Below, one piece after another: positions 1 to 9,567 of a DNA stretch of 64,000 bases. Under the pieces are notes generated by a model, which saw only the letters and a list, made by a program, of their open reading frames with translations, searched no databases and was not told the origin of the DNA. The position numbers and the translations under genes were made by a program. Position 1 is the first letter of the stretch. Every line of letters begins with the position of its first letter. This DNA comes from a virus (lineage: Duplodnaviria > Heunggongvirae > Uroviricota > Caudoviricetes): positions 108,810 through 172,809 of IMG/VR virus record IMGVR_UViG_3300042868_008486. The stretch is one strand, 5' to 3'.

Positions 1-258
1 AAATAAAGTGTCAAATATTGAATCAACAAGTGAATGTTCATTACCTTCACCCCAATAATCTGTTGTACCAAAATGAACTTCAGGTAAATACATTGGGTAC
101 TTATACCCTCGTTTACTTTTATATTTTTTACGTCTTAACCAACGGAATTCTGCCCAATATAAATCCTCAATTTTGAAATCCGTTAAAAACCCTTTCTTAT
201 ACAAAAGTTTAACAATCCGTTTCTCTTGTTTCTTCCAAAGTTTAACTTCCTTGTTCAT
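1..258 (-). CDS. hypothetical protein, truncated at window edge (MNKEVKLWKKQEKRIVKLLYKKGF...)
   Basis: Minus-strand ORF not in supplied track. ATG at 258..256 overlaps the TGA of the upstream gene (ATGA). Frame is open to position 1. Confidence 0.3.
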   Translation of the reverse strand, partial: MNKEVKLWKKQEKRIVKLLYKKGFLTDFKIEDLYWAEFRWLRRKKYKSKRGYKYPMYLPEVHFGTTDYWGEGNEHSLVDSIFDTLF

Positions 259-629
259 ATCGTAAAACTATTTGAATGAGCTTCTTTAGCTATATCAATT
301 AAATTTTCAATGTCTCTATTACAAGCAAATACCGGAACACCTTCTGATTCTAAAAACACCATAACCCTACGATTATCTAAATCACCACTACCACAAACTC
401 TGCGTATAGTATAACCTTCAGGTTCCCCGAAAGCACCGTGTCCTGTTGAAACATATTCAGTCTTAATGTACCCATTAGGTACTTCACCTAACTCAGTAAC
501 AACTTCCACCATAGTAGGATAGTCTATTAATTTCTCAGTGAGAAATTCAATGTCACGAAGATTAGTTTCTGAACAATATTTAATTAATTGTTTTCTTAAA
601 TTCAATATGTTTTCTCTAGTGTATCTCAT
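255..629 (-). CDS. hypothetical protein
   Basis: 124-aa ORF in minus-strand gene train. Start/stop overlap with neighbours. Confidence 0.5.
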   Translation of the reverse strand: MRYTRENILNLRKQLIKYCSETNLRDIEFLTEKLIDYPTMVEVVTELGEVPNGYIKTEYVSTGHGAFGEPEGYTIRRVCGSGDLDNRRVMVFLESEGVPVFACNRDIENLIDIAKEAHSNSFTI

Positions 630-808
630 AACTTAATATTTTTACCCGATTGTAACCAAGATTCAAATTGTTTCCTTTCAAACTCTCGAATGATTGGTGT
701 CATTTCTTTTTTAATACGTTTATTTGTTTCCGCAATGTCTTGGGGGTCAATAATAGTATACTTACCCACCAAATCCCTATCAAATGATATTTTGACACGT
801 TTACTCAT
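626..808 (-). CDS. hypothetical protein
   Basis: 60-aa ORF, ATGA overlap with next gene. Confidence 0.4.
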   Translation of the reverse strand: MSKRVKISFDRDLVGKYTIIDPQDIAETNKRIKKEMTPIIREFERKQFESWLQSGKNIKL

Positions 809-996
809 TAGTCAACTCTCGAAATTAAACTTACTGTTTTAATTTTACTCCCGTTCCAACGATTCCATTTCTTTACGGTTTTTGTTACCGATTCTATAAG
901 ATTTTCTCGTATCTTATCAGCAACTTCAATAGACCAATCAATGTCAGAACTTAGCATCTTATCAATTTCAACTTCAATTATTATTTTCTTCGCCAT
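808..996 (-). CDS. hypothetical protein
   Basis: 62-aa ORF, overlap-coupled. Confidence 0.4.
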   Translation of the reverse strand: MAKKIIIEVEIDKMLSSDIDWSIEVADKIRENLIESVTKTVKKWNRWNGSKIKTVSLISRVD

Positions 997-1134
997 TATT
1001 TTTCAAACGTTTTTCTTGTTCGTAAATCGCATCAAAATATTCTTCATCTGTCATTTCTATAGACCAAATGAATATACCGAAAGCCACCGCACCAATGCGT
1101 AACTTTAATTCTTTCCAAATACTTCTCTTTCCCA

Positions 1135-1920
1135 TTATAGTGATAATTCTTTAATTTTTACAATAACATTTTTAATTACTTCCCCATAGAATTCCGATTC
1201 AAATAATTCCAACCCTTCAAGTATTTTCTCAATTATCTCATCAGACAATGTTATCGGTTGAACCCCATTTTTAGGATATCTATCGTAAAATGAACCATAA
1301 GTCATAGTATTAATTCGAAAATCAATATAATACTCACCATCAATAGTTTGAATTTCAACAGTTCCACCATCACGATATTGTTCAAAACCAATAACATAGT
1401 TAATTTTATTTTCAACATATTCTTTTTTCAACATAATATCATTGTACTCATCATATGTTGGAATAAAGAAAGGACTAACAGTTTGAGTTAACTTAATTGT
1501 TGTTTCGTCTCTACTACCTTTAGAATCTTTCAAAATGAGTTCTCTGTAATTATGAGCATCTCTACAGAACTTTAAGACTTCCTCATTACCTGTTCTATGA
1601 ATATGATAAAATTCACAATCGAAAAATTCTGATAATTTATTAATTAATTCTTTAGGTTTTGCCTCATTATCAATGAACTTTTTATAACGACAAATCTTTT
1701 CTAATTCATCTTGTTCCTCATTAGATAATTTTTCTAATTCTGAGGTAATCCACCAATCAACATCACCAATACCACTAAAACTACCCATACAATGAATATA
1801 CTTATCTTCATTGATGTTTAAACTATCACAATATAATCCACCAATCCAATGTGGTGAATAACCTCTCCATTCTCGGATATATTCCCCCGTTTCAAATTTT
1901 TCAACCCAATCTCTTGACAT
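1135..1920 (-). CDS. hypothetical protein
   Basis: 261-aa ORF, no recognisable motif. Confidence 0.55.
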   Translation of the reverse strand: MSRDWVEKFETGEYIREWRGYSPHWIGGLYCDSLNINEDKYIHCMGSFSGIGDVDWWITSELEKLSNEEQDELEKICRYKKFIDNEAKPKELINKLSEFFDCEFYHIHRTGNEEVLKFCRDAHNYRELILKDSKGSRDETTIKLTQTVSPFFIPTYDEYNDIMLKKEYVENKINYVIGFEQYRDGGTVEIQTIDGEYYIDFRINTMTYGSFYDRYPKNGVQPITLSDEIIEKILEGLELFESEFYGEVIKNVIVKIKELSL

Positions 1921-1931
1921 AATATTATTTT

Positions 1932-2225
1932 TTAATCGTGACCTAATTCTGAATGAATAATTAAATAAAACCCAACAACTAACGCAACTCTATCACCAAT
2001 CAAACCAAGAATAGGGTTATAAAATGGGATTGGAAAACTTTCGGGTAATTTCCATAAAACAAATGTTCCAATAATTAAAAATAGGTAACACGCTCCATAA
2101 AATACAATCAAAGGTAATAATATTGTGAATATATAACCCCAAAATGTGGGCGTTGATAATATTTTCACCATATACTTAAATGGTAAATATAATGTGTCAA
2201 CCCAAGCTTTAAATATTTCAGTCAT
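1932..2225 (-). CDS. small membrane protein
   Basis: 97 aa with two or three hydrophobic helices (ILLPLIVFYGACYLFLIIGTFVLW). Confidence 0.45.
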   Translation of the reverse strand: MTEIFKAWVDTLYLPFKYMVKILSTPTFWGYIFTILLPLIVFYGACYLFLIIGTFVLWKLPESFPIPFYNPILGLIGDRVALVVGFYLIIHSELGHD

Positions 2226-2663
2226 TTATCTCCAAGAATCATTAAATTTTGAGGCCTTTTTACCTCTAACTCTGTACATTGCCAATGTTAATATATCCAA
2301 CGCTTCGTGTAGACCTGCTCTGTCATCAATAAAGATGTTAGCATAAATCTTAGCGTGATTACCAAAACCAACATCAATCGGTGTTTCATTTATCCTATCA
2401 ATCTCAAGACCTTTTGATTCACAATAAGTCGTAATTTCAGGATATCTCTCAGGTTTACAAGCGGTGAAGATAACGATATAAGCACCCGTTTCTTTTGCCG
2501 TCTTGAGGGTTTTAATAACGGTGTCGAAATCGAAATCATCCATTCTCCAAGGAGAGATTGTATCATCGAAATCAACCCCAATTATAATCTTCCCGTGTTG
2601 TTCCCATTCGGTTTCCAAACGGTCAACATATTTCATTACTTTTTCATTTAGCATAATCTTCAT
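2226..2663 (-). CDS. HAD-superfamily phosphatase-like protein
   Basis: HAD motif I hhhhDxDxT = IIGVDFDDTIS near N-terminus. 145 aa. Confidence 0.5.
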   Translation of the reverse strand: MKIMLNEKVMKYVDRLETEWEQHGKIIIGVDFDDTISPWRMDDFDFDTVIKTLKTAKETGAYIVIFTACKPERYPEITTYCESKGLEIDRINETPIDVGFGNHAKIYANIFIDDRAGLHEALDILTLAMYRVRGKKASKFNDSWR

Positions 2664-2666
2664 AAT

Positions 2667-2858
2667 TTAAAACCAACAAGTAATCATTGATACTCCAGGT
2701 ATTAAACCAACACCGTGGATTATTTCTTCTTTCCACACAGGACCTGCGAAATCACAGTTTAACAATTTTACAATGTTCACTATCCAAGCAACAATTGCGT
2801 ACCCATAAAATAAAAAGGGTATTAAGATTATTTTTTTCATATTTTTACCATTTATCAA
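2667..2858 (-). CDS. small membrane protein
   Basis: 63 aa, hydrophobic N-terminus. Confidence 0.35.
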   Translation of the reverse strand: MINGKNMKKIILIPFLFYGYAIVAWIVNIVKLLNCDFAGPVWKEEIIHGVGLIPGVSMITCWF

Positions 2859-3033
2859 ATTCCGTTAAATCTATTGAAGTCTTTGCGATATCACTAAACA
2901 CTTCAACACTTGTCCCAATACCCGTTGGTGAGAAACTATACGTGAATAACCCATACTCACCATAAACAATTTTAATAGCTTTCTTCCATTCATCCAATTT
3001 TTGGACTTGTTCTTCACTTAACTCAAAACTCAT
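2845..3033 (-). CDS. hypothetical protein
   Basis: 62-aa ORF overlapping neighbour. Confidence 0.35.
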   Translation of the reverse strand: MSFELSEEQVQKLDEWKKAIKIVYGEYGLFTYSFSPTGIGTSVEVFSDIAKTSIDLTEFDKW

Positions 3034-3038
3034 ATTTT

Positions 3039-3302
3039 CTATTTATGTTCGTGAATAAAAAATGTTCCTTGTACTACACCCCAAGATGATTCTTCTTTGA
3101 ATGTGTATGTTACCGCCTCATCTGTTGATGTCATCGGTCTTGTTAAATACCAAATTTGGTTTTCTTTCCAAGTGACATTAACTAATTTATTACCAGAAGG
3201 TAAATGTAAATCACCTTCACCGCCAAAATTTTTAACTCTTGAGTTTTCAGTACAAGAAAATAAGCCAAGACCTAAAACCAACCCTAATAATGTTTTTCTC
3301 AT
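3039..3302 (-). CDS. putative lipoprotein
   Basis: Signal peptide plus lipobox-like LGLGLFSC at N-terminus. 87 aa. Confidence 0.5.
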   Translation of the reverse strand: MRKTLLGLVLGLGLFSCTENSRVKNFGGEGDLHLPSGNKLVNVTWKENQIWYLTRPMTSTDEAVTYTFKEESSWGVVQGTFFIHEHK

Positions 3303-3520
3303 AATTTATCTATTTTTTTAACTAATACTTTAATCGCATCCAATTCACCTCTAGTGAATGATGTTATCTTATCATTGATAGTTATATCAAAACCATCACC
3401 ATTTGACCATTCAGTTACTTCAATAAATGAATCAGGTTTATTTAAATAACAAAAATCAGTTAGGTTAGCACTGATTGACTTACGGTCTTTTACTTTAAAT
3501 TCAAATTTCTTTGGTTTCAT
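3299..3520 (-). CDS. hypothetical protein
   Basis: 73-aa ORF. Confidence 0.4.
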   Translation of the reverse strand: MKPKKFEFKVKDRKSISANLTDFCYLNKPDSFIEVTEWSNGDGFDITINDKITSFTRGELDAIKVLVKKIDKL

Positions 3521-3524
3521 AGGT

Positions 3525-3794
3525 CTAATACTTTTTTACAATATTACGAATTATTTCCATATCTTCATTACTAATACGAAAATATAATCCACCTAATTTT
3601 GAAATTAACCTTAAATGTTCTTCTTGACCAATTGATGAGTCATTTGGAATTGTAATTGAAACCCCATCATTAACACCTGTAGGTTCATCAGTTAAGTAAC
3701 CATCCTCACGTAAATAATCCAACATAGTTCTCTTATCCCAAGAGTCCATTCCACCATAGAATTCGTCTAAATCAACATAAATCGCAACACTCAT
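3525..3794 (-). CDS. hypothetical protein
   Basis: 89-aa ORF. Confidence 0.4.
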   Translation of the reverse strand: MSVAIYVDLDEFYGGMDSWDKRTMLDYLREDGYLTDEPTGVNDGVSITIPNDSSIGQEEHLRLISKLGGLYFRISNEDMEIIRNIVKKY

Positions 3795-3991
3795 TTTCCG
3801 TATTTTGCTTTTAAAATTTTACCTTCACTTTCATAATCAGTCACCGTAATAATATACGTTTCAGTTAAATTAGTTGTTTGAGAACTATCAACTAATTGAT
3901 AACTTTCTGATAAACAATATGTTTTTGCATCATCAAACGTCATCCCGATTATTGAATCACAAATGTCGTGTTTAAATTTTTTTCTTACCAT
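3791..3991 (-). CDS. hypothetical protein
   Basis: 66-aa ORF. Confidence 0.4.
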   Translation of the reverse strand: MVRKKFKHDICDSIIGMTFDDAKTYCLSESYQLVDSSQTTNLTETYIITVTDYESEGKILKAKYGK

Positions 3992-3992
3992 A

Positions 3993-4310
3993 TTATTTAT
4001 TTAATTGTTCGTCTCTAAATTTGTGAAATTCTCTGTCATCAATATCAACAACACCATCTAAAAACATACTAGTAATATCGTGTATGAGGATTTTAATTTT
4101 ATACTTATCCGCCATATGTTTAACAAATTCTAATTGTTCTTCAGTACAAATCAAATAACTTACAATGAATCCGTCATCATCAATATCATCAGTGGACTCA
4201 ACGTCAACAAAACTGTTAGCTTCATCACGTTCATCTTGTGTCATTTGTTCTGTTATGATGTCATTTTCTTCAGGGGTAATACCAGTATCAATTCTATAGA
4301 CTCGTCTCAT
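3993..4310 (-). CDS. hypothetical acidic protein
   Basis: 105 aa, D/E-rich. Confidence 0.45.
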   Translation of the reverse strand: MRRVYRIDTGITPEENDIITEQMTQDERDEANSFVDVESTDDIDDDGFIVSYLICTEEQLEFVKHMADKYKIKILIHDITSMFLDGVVDIDDREFHKFRDEQLNK

Positions 4311-4363
4311 ATACTTTTTTTATTTAAAGATAACAATAATAAATTGATTTATCCAACAAAAAA

Positions 4364-4396
4364 CCCTCAATTTTACTTGAGGGTTTGATTTGTTAG
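4364..4396 (-). terminator. rho-independent terminator downstream of NAMPT-family gene
   Basis: Hairpin AAACCCTCAA-TTTTAC-TTGAGGGTTT, with a T-run on the minus strand. Confidence 0.6.
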
Positions 4397-4404
4397 GTGT
4401 TAGG

Positions 4405-5910
4405 TTAAACCGTTTGTGATGCCAATTGTGTTAGACGTTCACGGATATCAGTTAAAGTCGTTTCGTTGTAGAATTCACCATCTTTGTAGATAGTTTTCAA
4501 CTCACCACGTTTTTCTGTGTCCCAACTAACTTTATCAGTTAATTGATACTCACCGAATGCGTCAGTAACACATAATAATCCTGTTGCAGATTTCTTAGTT
4601 CCGTCGTCAGTGATTGGGTCCTTGAAGATTTCTCTTCCTTCACCATTAACCTCAACATAAGTTGCTTTCATCGCGAAACCAAATGTGTCTCTTGTATTGT
4701 ATTGGTATGTGAATGAACCGATACCTAATACTACGTTTGTTGATGCGAATCCTTTCGCCTCCAATCTTTCACAGATTTCATCCGCTCTGTCAATAGTGAT
4801 TGAGTCACCATAGATTGCTCCGATGTGGGGGTCAAGAACTTTGTAACCTTGTTCATTAACTGTTCCTCCGAATACATCCCAAAGTAATTCAATTACTCCT
4901 TTATATTTTGGATGTGTTAAATCTAATTGTGCGTTCTCAACAACATCTCTATAATCTCGAGATATAACTTGTTCTCCACATAAGATATCTACAGGGTTTC
5001 CTGAGTCAGGACGAATAACTAATTTACCATCACGACCTAAGATTTCATCTTTTAATGTTACTAAGTGTTCGGTACATACTTTCCATAAGTCCCAAGTATC
5101 AGATACTACTGATAAGATACCTTTTGGATATGTCTCCAACAATCTTCGGAATGTTTCAATTTCATCTTCTTTACCACCAGCACACATTACTGAGTGTTCT
5201 GTTGCCGGTACTGAACCTCCAACAAATCCTGTTTCATTGTAGAAACGTCTCGCTCCGTAGATTGCTGGTAATGAGTCAGTTCCATTGAATGATGTCAAGT
5301 GACCTAACCCTGATGTGATTGTTGCGTCAGGTGAATCCAAACCTCTCATTGAGAAGTCGTGACCTTGCCACAATACAAACCCAACATTATCTTTATCTGT
5401 TTTCTCAGCCCACTTCGTTAACACTTTTTTGTATGTGTAAGCGATTGTTGCCGATGTCATAGGTTTCCATAACAAGTTTGAGATAATAGTCTCTAAGAAG
5501 TTAGGTAACCAATAGAAGTCAGGTAATGTATTATACACTGTCAATACAGGAACTTTGATTGGAACTAATGTCCCTTCCGTGATTGCTTTAACTGTGATTG
5601 GTAGATAACCCAAGTCGTGTAATTTCTCAATGTGTGTTGTATCATACTCAGTTCCTAAGTACAACGTTAACTCATTTTTGATTTCACGACAAACCGTTTC
5701 TTTCGGTTGATTGAAGAATCCTTCTTGAAAGAAAGAGTGAATGTTTTTCACCATCATTTGTTGTCCAAATGAAACTAATTGGTCACACCCTTTAGGTGCG
5801 TATTTGTTACTTCTTGGTGTGAAGTTTGAATACACTAATGTTGTTCCTTTAGGGTATTGTTCGTGATGCGATGTTTTGTACCCATCCGTTAATAAAAACG
5901 CGTTAATCAT
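4405..5910 (-). CDS. nadV: nicotinamide phosphoribosyltransferase family protein (NadV or Namat-like)
   Basis: 501 aa, NAMPT-like length and motifs (LLTDGYKTSHH, FNGTDSLPAIYGARRFY). Adjacent to a Prs-family gene. Confidence 0.8.
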   Translation of the reverse strand: MINAFLLTDGYKTSHHEQYPKGTTLVYSNFTPRSNKYAPKGCDQLVSFGQQMMVKNIHSFFQEGFFNQPKETVCREIKNELTLYLGTEYDTTHIEKLHDLGYLPITVKAITEGTLVPIKVPVLTVYNTLPDFYWLPNFLETIISNLLWKPMTSATIAYTYKKVLTKWAEKTDKDNVGFVLWQGHDFSMRGLDSPDATITSGLGHLTSFNGTDSLPAIYGARRFYNETGFVGGSVPATEHSVMCAGGKEDEIETFRRLLETYPKGILSVVSDTWDLWKVCTEHLVTLKDEILGRDGKLVIRPDSGNPVDILCGEQVISRDYRDVVENAQLDLTHPKYKGVIELLWDVFGGTVNEQGYKVLDPHIGAIYGDSITIDRADEICERLEAKGFASTNVVLGIGSFTYQYNTRDTFGFAMKATYVEVNGEGREIFKDPITDDGTKKSATGLLCVTDAFGEYQLTDKVSWDTEKRGELKTIYKDGEFYNETTLTDIRERLTQLASQTV

Positions 5911-5929
5911 AAATTATTTATTTTTTGGT

Positions 5930-6085
5930 TTATTGTAATACTTCAATTGAATAGGTTGTTTTCTCATCCCCAATTTCAAGGGTGTGAATTGTAAGTCCAA
6001 AGGATTCTAACACTTCACTAATTTTGTTAACCGTAGAAGCTTTATCACTCCCGTGAACTAGCTCAAATGTTTTTACTTCTTTCAT
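5930..6085 (-). CDS. small hypothetical protein (51 codons, MKEVKTFELVHGSDK...)
   Basis: Fills the gap between the NAMPT-like and Prs-like genes. Below the 60-aa track cutoff. Confidence 0.25.
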   Translation of the reverse strand: MKEVKTFELVHGSDKASTVNKISEVLESFGLTIHTLEIGDEKTTYSIEVLQ

Positions 6086-6103
6086 AATACAATATTAATT
6101 AAA

Positions 6104-7003
6104 TTATTTGAATACATCAAATCTTGTTACAAAATTTTCTACTTCTTCATTACTAATTGAGTTAGTTGTGAATATGTGTTCGAATGAATTTTTCAAATCA
6201 TCAAACCCTCTTGAGAAAATCCCGTGACTAACAATTAAGTAAATTTTGCCTGTGAAGTTTTCATTTTCTTTTATCGCTTTCGCAATATTAAGGAATGTCC
6301 CTCCACCATCACAGATATCATCAACAATGAATAAATCTTTATCCAACACATCATCAGTTAATGGGACAAGTGTTTTAGATAGTTTACCATCAATGTCTCG
6401 GTATTTTGAACATACCAAAACATCCTGATTAGATTTGAATGAGTCGTTAACTGAATACACTTTCTTCAACGCTCCGGCATCAGGTGAAACATAAACAACC
6501 TTAGACATATCACTAATGATTTGACCTGTCATCATCCAATATTTTTGTAACGAACTCCTAACCAAGTCAATGTTACCTGATTTACTGAAGTTTTGAAGAC
6601 AAGCCTCCAACACATCTGAATGGGGGTCAACAACAGTTACCTTGTCAAACCCTTGTAGGTTAATGATTGGGGCAATTACATCTTTAATATAATTCACACT
6701 ACCAATCGAAAACTTACGGTCACTCCTTGCCCCTAAGAAATAGGGAACATAGAGTTCAATTTTTTTAACACCCAAGTTTTTCAATGCTTGATTAGCACAA
6801 ACAATTAACTCAACATCTTTGAAGGAATTCATTCGACTTCTAATCTCAACCCCATCTTTGAAAAACTTCGACACATCATAAAAATCAGTTGGGTCCTGTA
6901 CTATAATATCAATGGATTGTTGTCCGTCAGGGAACTGACTAACTTTATACCTTAATCTACCTGACAATTTGTCAGTGTCTTGTCTTAAATCTAATACTAG
7001 CAT
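6104..7003 (-). CDS. prs: ribose-phosphate pyrophosphokinase family protein (Prs or Adps-like)
   Basis: PRPP-binding loop LFIVDDICDGGGT and VSPDAGALKKV motif. 299 aa. Confidence 0.8.
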   Translation of the reverse strand: MLVLDLRQDTDKLSGRLRYKVSQFPDGQQSIDIIVQDPTDFYDVSKFFKDGVEIRSRMNSFKDVELIVCANQALKNLGVKKIELYVPYFLGARSDRKFSIGSVNYIKDVIAPIINLQGFDKVTVVDPHSDVLEACLQNFSKSGNIDLVRSSLQKYWMMTGQIISDMSKVVYVSPDAGALKKVYSVNDSFKSNQDVLVCSKYRDIDGKLSKTLVPLTDDVLDKDLFIVDDICDGGGTFLNIAKAIKENENFTGKIYLIVSHGIFSRGFDDLKNSFEHIFTTNSISNEEVENFVTRFDVFK

Positions 7004-7006
7004 TTT

Positions 7007-7264
7007 TTACTTATTTTCAATTAAACTTTTATCATAACACCATATTGGTGTTTTTTCTCCAACATATGAACCACTAACATTGAAATAGAAATGTTCTAAC
7101 GCATCTTCATATGACATATTGTCTTTCATTAGTATCTCAATTGATTTACTAACTGAGTATATTAACCTCATCGTACTTTCATCAACACCAATTATGGCAT
7201 CATCAAACCCATCGGCCTTTAAAAAGGTTTCACCCTCAAATGTATCAATAATTTTTTCAATCAT
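7007..7264 (-). CDS. hypothetical protein
   Basis: 85-aa ORF. Confidence 0.45.
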   Translation of the reverse strand: MIEKIIDTFEGETFLKADGFDDAIIGVDESTMRLIYSVSKSIEILMKDNMSYEDALEHFYFNVSGSYVGEKTPIWCYDKSLIENK

Positions 7265-7643
7265 TACAATCTTTTTTTAAAATTTTATCAATGTATTTAT
7301 ATTCCGTAAATGATGGTTGTAAATCCCATTCAACTAACGATTTAATAATACCCATAGTTTCATTTGTGACATACTTCTTTATGTTAGTTTTAAATATACT
7401 TAATAAAACCTCATTAGTTTGTTCACTATCAAACCCATATAATTGTATTGATGGTCTAAAATACCAATAATTAAACCCAACATACAATCTATCCAACCCT
7501 AAACAAAACAACCAATTGTTATCTTTTTTTTTAATGATGTATAATATATTGTCCCCATCTTTAATGACTTCACAATTATTAAGTAGGATTTCACCTCGTT
7601 TGATAAAATCCTCACTTAACTTTTTATACAATTTATCATTCAT
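7257..7643 (-). CDS. hypothetical protein
   Basis: 128-aa ORF. Confidence 0.5.
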   Translation of the reverse strand: MNDKLYKKLSEDFIKRGEILLNNCEVIKDGDNILYIIKKKDNNWLFCLGLDRLYVGFNYWYFRPSIQLYGFDSEQTNEVLLSIFKTNIKKYVTNETMGIIKSLVEWDLQPSFTEYKYIDKILKKDCND

Positions 7644-7825
7644 TAAAACTTTGATTTCGTATGTTCAATACTTTGAATTAATTTATCATTCTCATTGTTT
7701 AATGTAACGGTTACTTGACCTTCACCATTATACTCCCACCTAACAATGTATTCCCCCAAATCAACACTACCTGATTTAGGTCCTTTGGATACAGGTATTC
7801 CGTTTTTTATCTCCCAAAAATTCAT
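7643..7825 (-). CDS. hypothetical protein
   Basis: 60-aa ORF, ATGA overlap. Confidence 0.4.
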   Translation of the reverse strand: MNFWEIKNGIPVSKGPKSGSVDLGEYIVRWEYNGEGQVTVTLNNENDKLIQSIEHTKSKF

Positions 7826-8190
7826 TACTTACCTTTGTTAAAATATTTATCCACTTGATATATAATAAACCCAAAGATTGTTGAGAATCCCAACGACCCA
7901 ATTATCCATATCGGTGTGTTATTCATTGCTGATAATATACCCCCAATAACAATTGAACATAGGAATAATGATAAGATAATGACCGTAACCGTATTATCAT
8001 TCACTTTGTCAACTCTTTCGGTCCAAACTAATCTTTCCAAAGCATCTTCCATATCTTTTCCGTAAGCCGGAACTTTATGTTCTGACCCATCTTTTTCACG
8101 AATAGTGAATAGGTATTTGTAATAACCTGGACTTGTTTTACTCGCATCCACTAAATCACAATGTACCGCTCTTCTTCTTTCTTTTGCCAT
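7825..8190 (-). CDS. membrane protein
   Basis: 121 aa with two C-terminal TM helices. Confidence 0.5.
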   Translation of the reverse strand: MAKERRRAVHCDLVDASKTSPGYYKYLFTIREKDGSEHKVPAYGKDMEDALERLVWTERVDKVNDNTVTVIILSLFLCSIVIGGILSAMNNTPIWIIGSLGFSTIFGFIIYQVDKYFNKGK

Positions 8191-8193
8191 ATT

Positions 8194-8994
8194 TTATTTT
8201 TTTAACTCTTCTAAACAATTTCTTCTCCAATCTGAATGACCAACGTTCAACGGCATACAACCATCTTTTGATTCCATAATTGCCGTCAACTCATATAAGT
8301 CATCATCCAAATGGAATGTGAACCCCATACCTTTTAGGAACTCAATTTTATCAGCAAATTTAGTAAACTTTACTCTACTCTTTGGAATACCAATCCTTTC
8401 ACAACTTTCCCATAAATCCTTATTCCAATCAGGTGATTTCCAAATTTGATGTGGGGGGTCATCATCATCCCCAACTCGTGATGTTACAACCCAAACTTCA
8501 TATCCTTCGTCAACTAATTCTTTAGCGAATTCCTCAACTGAGGGTAACGCCAAAGTACCATCATAATCGAAACTAACTTTAGTTTTACTATTTTTAGTTA
8601 ATTTATGGTGAGTATCGCATAATGTGAAATACCACCCAATATCTTTTCGCATCTCACCAGGTTCACCACATTTTTCACAAACGGTATAACTTTCAGTTTC
8701 CGCCTGTAATATTCGTTGATGAATTTCAGGACTACCGGCATTAATATAAAATCTTAACCCACCAAATTTCTCTTTAACTTGAGTGGTTTCTTTATTCCAA
8801 CCTAATTCAACTAAATCAGTTATCAATGACTTAATCAAACCAAACCACCCATTACCAACACAGAAGAAACCTGGGTCAACTATAGGACCTTTATCGGTAA
8901 AATACCCATTATACAACCCACCAATTGAGTTTAAGTATTCCGACATTTGCTCATCCGATAAATAATAATTTTCCATAGAACAAATATAAAACAT
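8194..8994 (-). CDS. zinc-ribbon plus HAD-like phosphatase domain protein
   Basis: CEKCGEPGE...LCDTHH cysteine/histidine cluster. C-terminal HAD motif KVSFDYDGTLAL. 266 aa. Confidence 0.5.
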   Translation of the reverse strand: MFYICSMENYYLSDEQMSEYLNSIGGLYNGYFTDKGPIVDPGFFCVGNGWFGLIKSLITDLVELGWNKETTQVKEKFGGLRFYINAGSPEIHQRILQAETESYTVCEKCGEPGEMRKDIGWYFTLCDTHHKLTKNSKTKVSFDYDGTLALPSVEEFAKELVDEGYEVWVVTSRVGDDDDPPHQIWKSPDWNKDLWESCERIGIPKSRVKFTKFADKIEFLKGMGFTFHLDDDLYELTAIMESKDGCMPLNVGHSDWRRNCLEELKK

Positions 8995-9038
8995 TTGAGA
9001 TTATAAAACAATACGATATTTATATTTATATTTGATTT

Positions 9039-9527
9039 ATGAGCACAACTTCCGAGACTAAAGCTGAAAGAGACCCATTAACACCAAACCAAGTTAAAGG
9101 GATTAATATGGTTATTAAAGGTATTGGTAAAAAATACCCTTACGTTGTTGGGTGGGAAAAAAGTGAGGTATTCGATAAATACCAATCTCAAATGTTTATT
9201 AACTTAATAGTTGATATGACTAAATTTGCAAAATATTATAATTCACCAATTAAATCTTATTGGGTTGATGACTTAATTGAAGGTAGATATGATAGTATTG
9301 GTGGGGCTTTTTATCTTGTAAATTACGATGAAATACGTGATGATGCTTATGAAACAAAAAGAAAACTAGAAAATCGTATTAAAGACATTTATGTATTACT
9401 ACCTAAAGAATTTCAAGTTTTTGTTAAATGGTCAGGTGGTAGTTTTTTGTTACGTGACGATGAAGAATATTATAAATCCGTATCAAGTCTTGATATCCAC
9501 AGTTGTTTTGTTAAAATATTTAACTAA
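9039..9527 (+). CDS. hypothetical protein
   Basis: 162-aa plus-strand ORF diverging from the minus-strand train. AT-rich divergent intergenic region 8995-9038. Confidence 0.5.
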   Translation: MSTTSETKAERDPLTPNQVKGINMVIKGIGKKYPYVVGWEKSEVFDKYQSQMFINLIVDMTKFAKYYNSPIKSYWVDDLIEGRYDSIGGAFYLVNYDEIRDDAYETKRKLENRIKDIYVLLPKEFQVFVKWSGGSFLLRDDEEYYKSVSSLDIHSCFVKIFN

Positions 9528-9543
9528 CTTATTGTTTTAATTA

Positions 9544-9567
9544 GTTGCGGGATAGGATTCGAACCTA
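9544..9567 (-). ncRNA. tRNA-like 3' fragment (T-arm only, no partner acceptor strand found)
   Basis: ATAGG-ATTCGAA-CCTAC T-arm. No complementary 5' acceptor strand within 60-400 nt. Confidence 0.2.

Noticed and set aside
7007-8994. NMN adenylyltransferase/Nudix (NatV) partner of NadV near the NAD module
   Set aside because: No H-x-G-H nucleotidyltransferase or Nudix box (GX5EX7REUXEEXGU) was seen in the flanking ORFs. Left as absent in this window.
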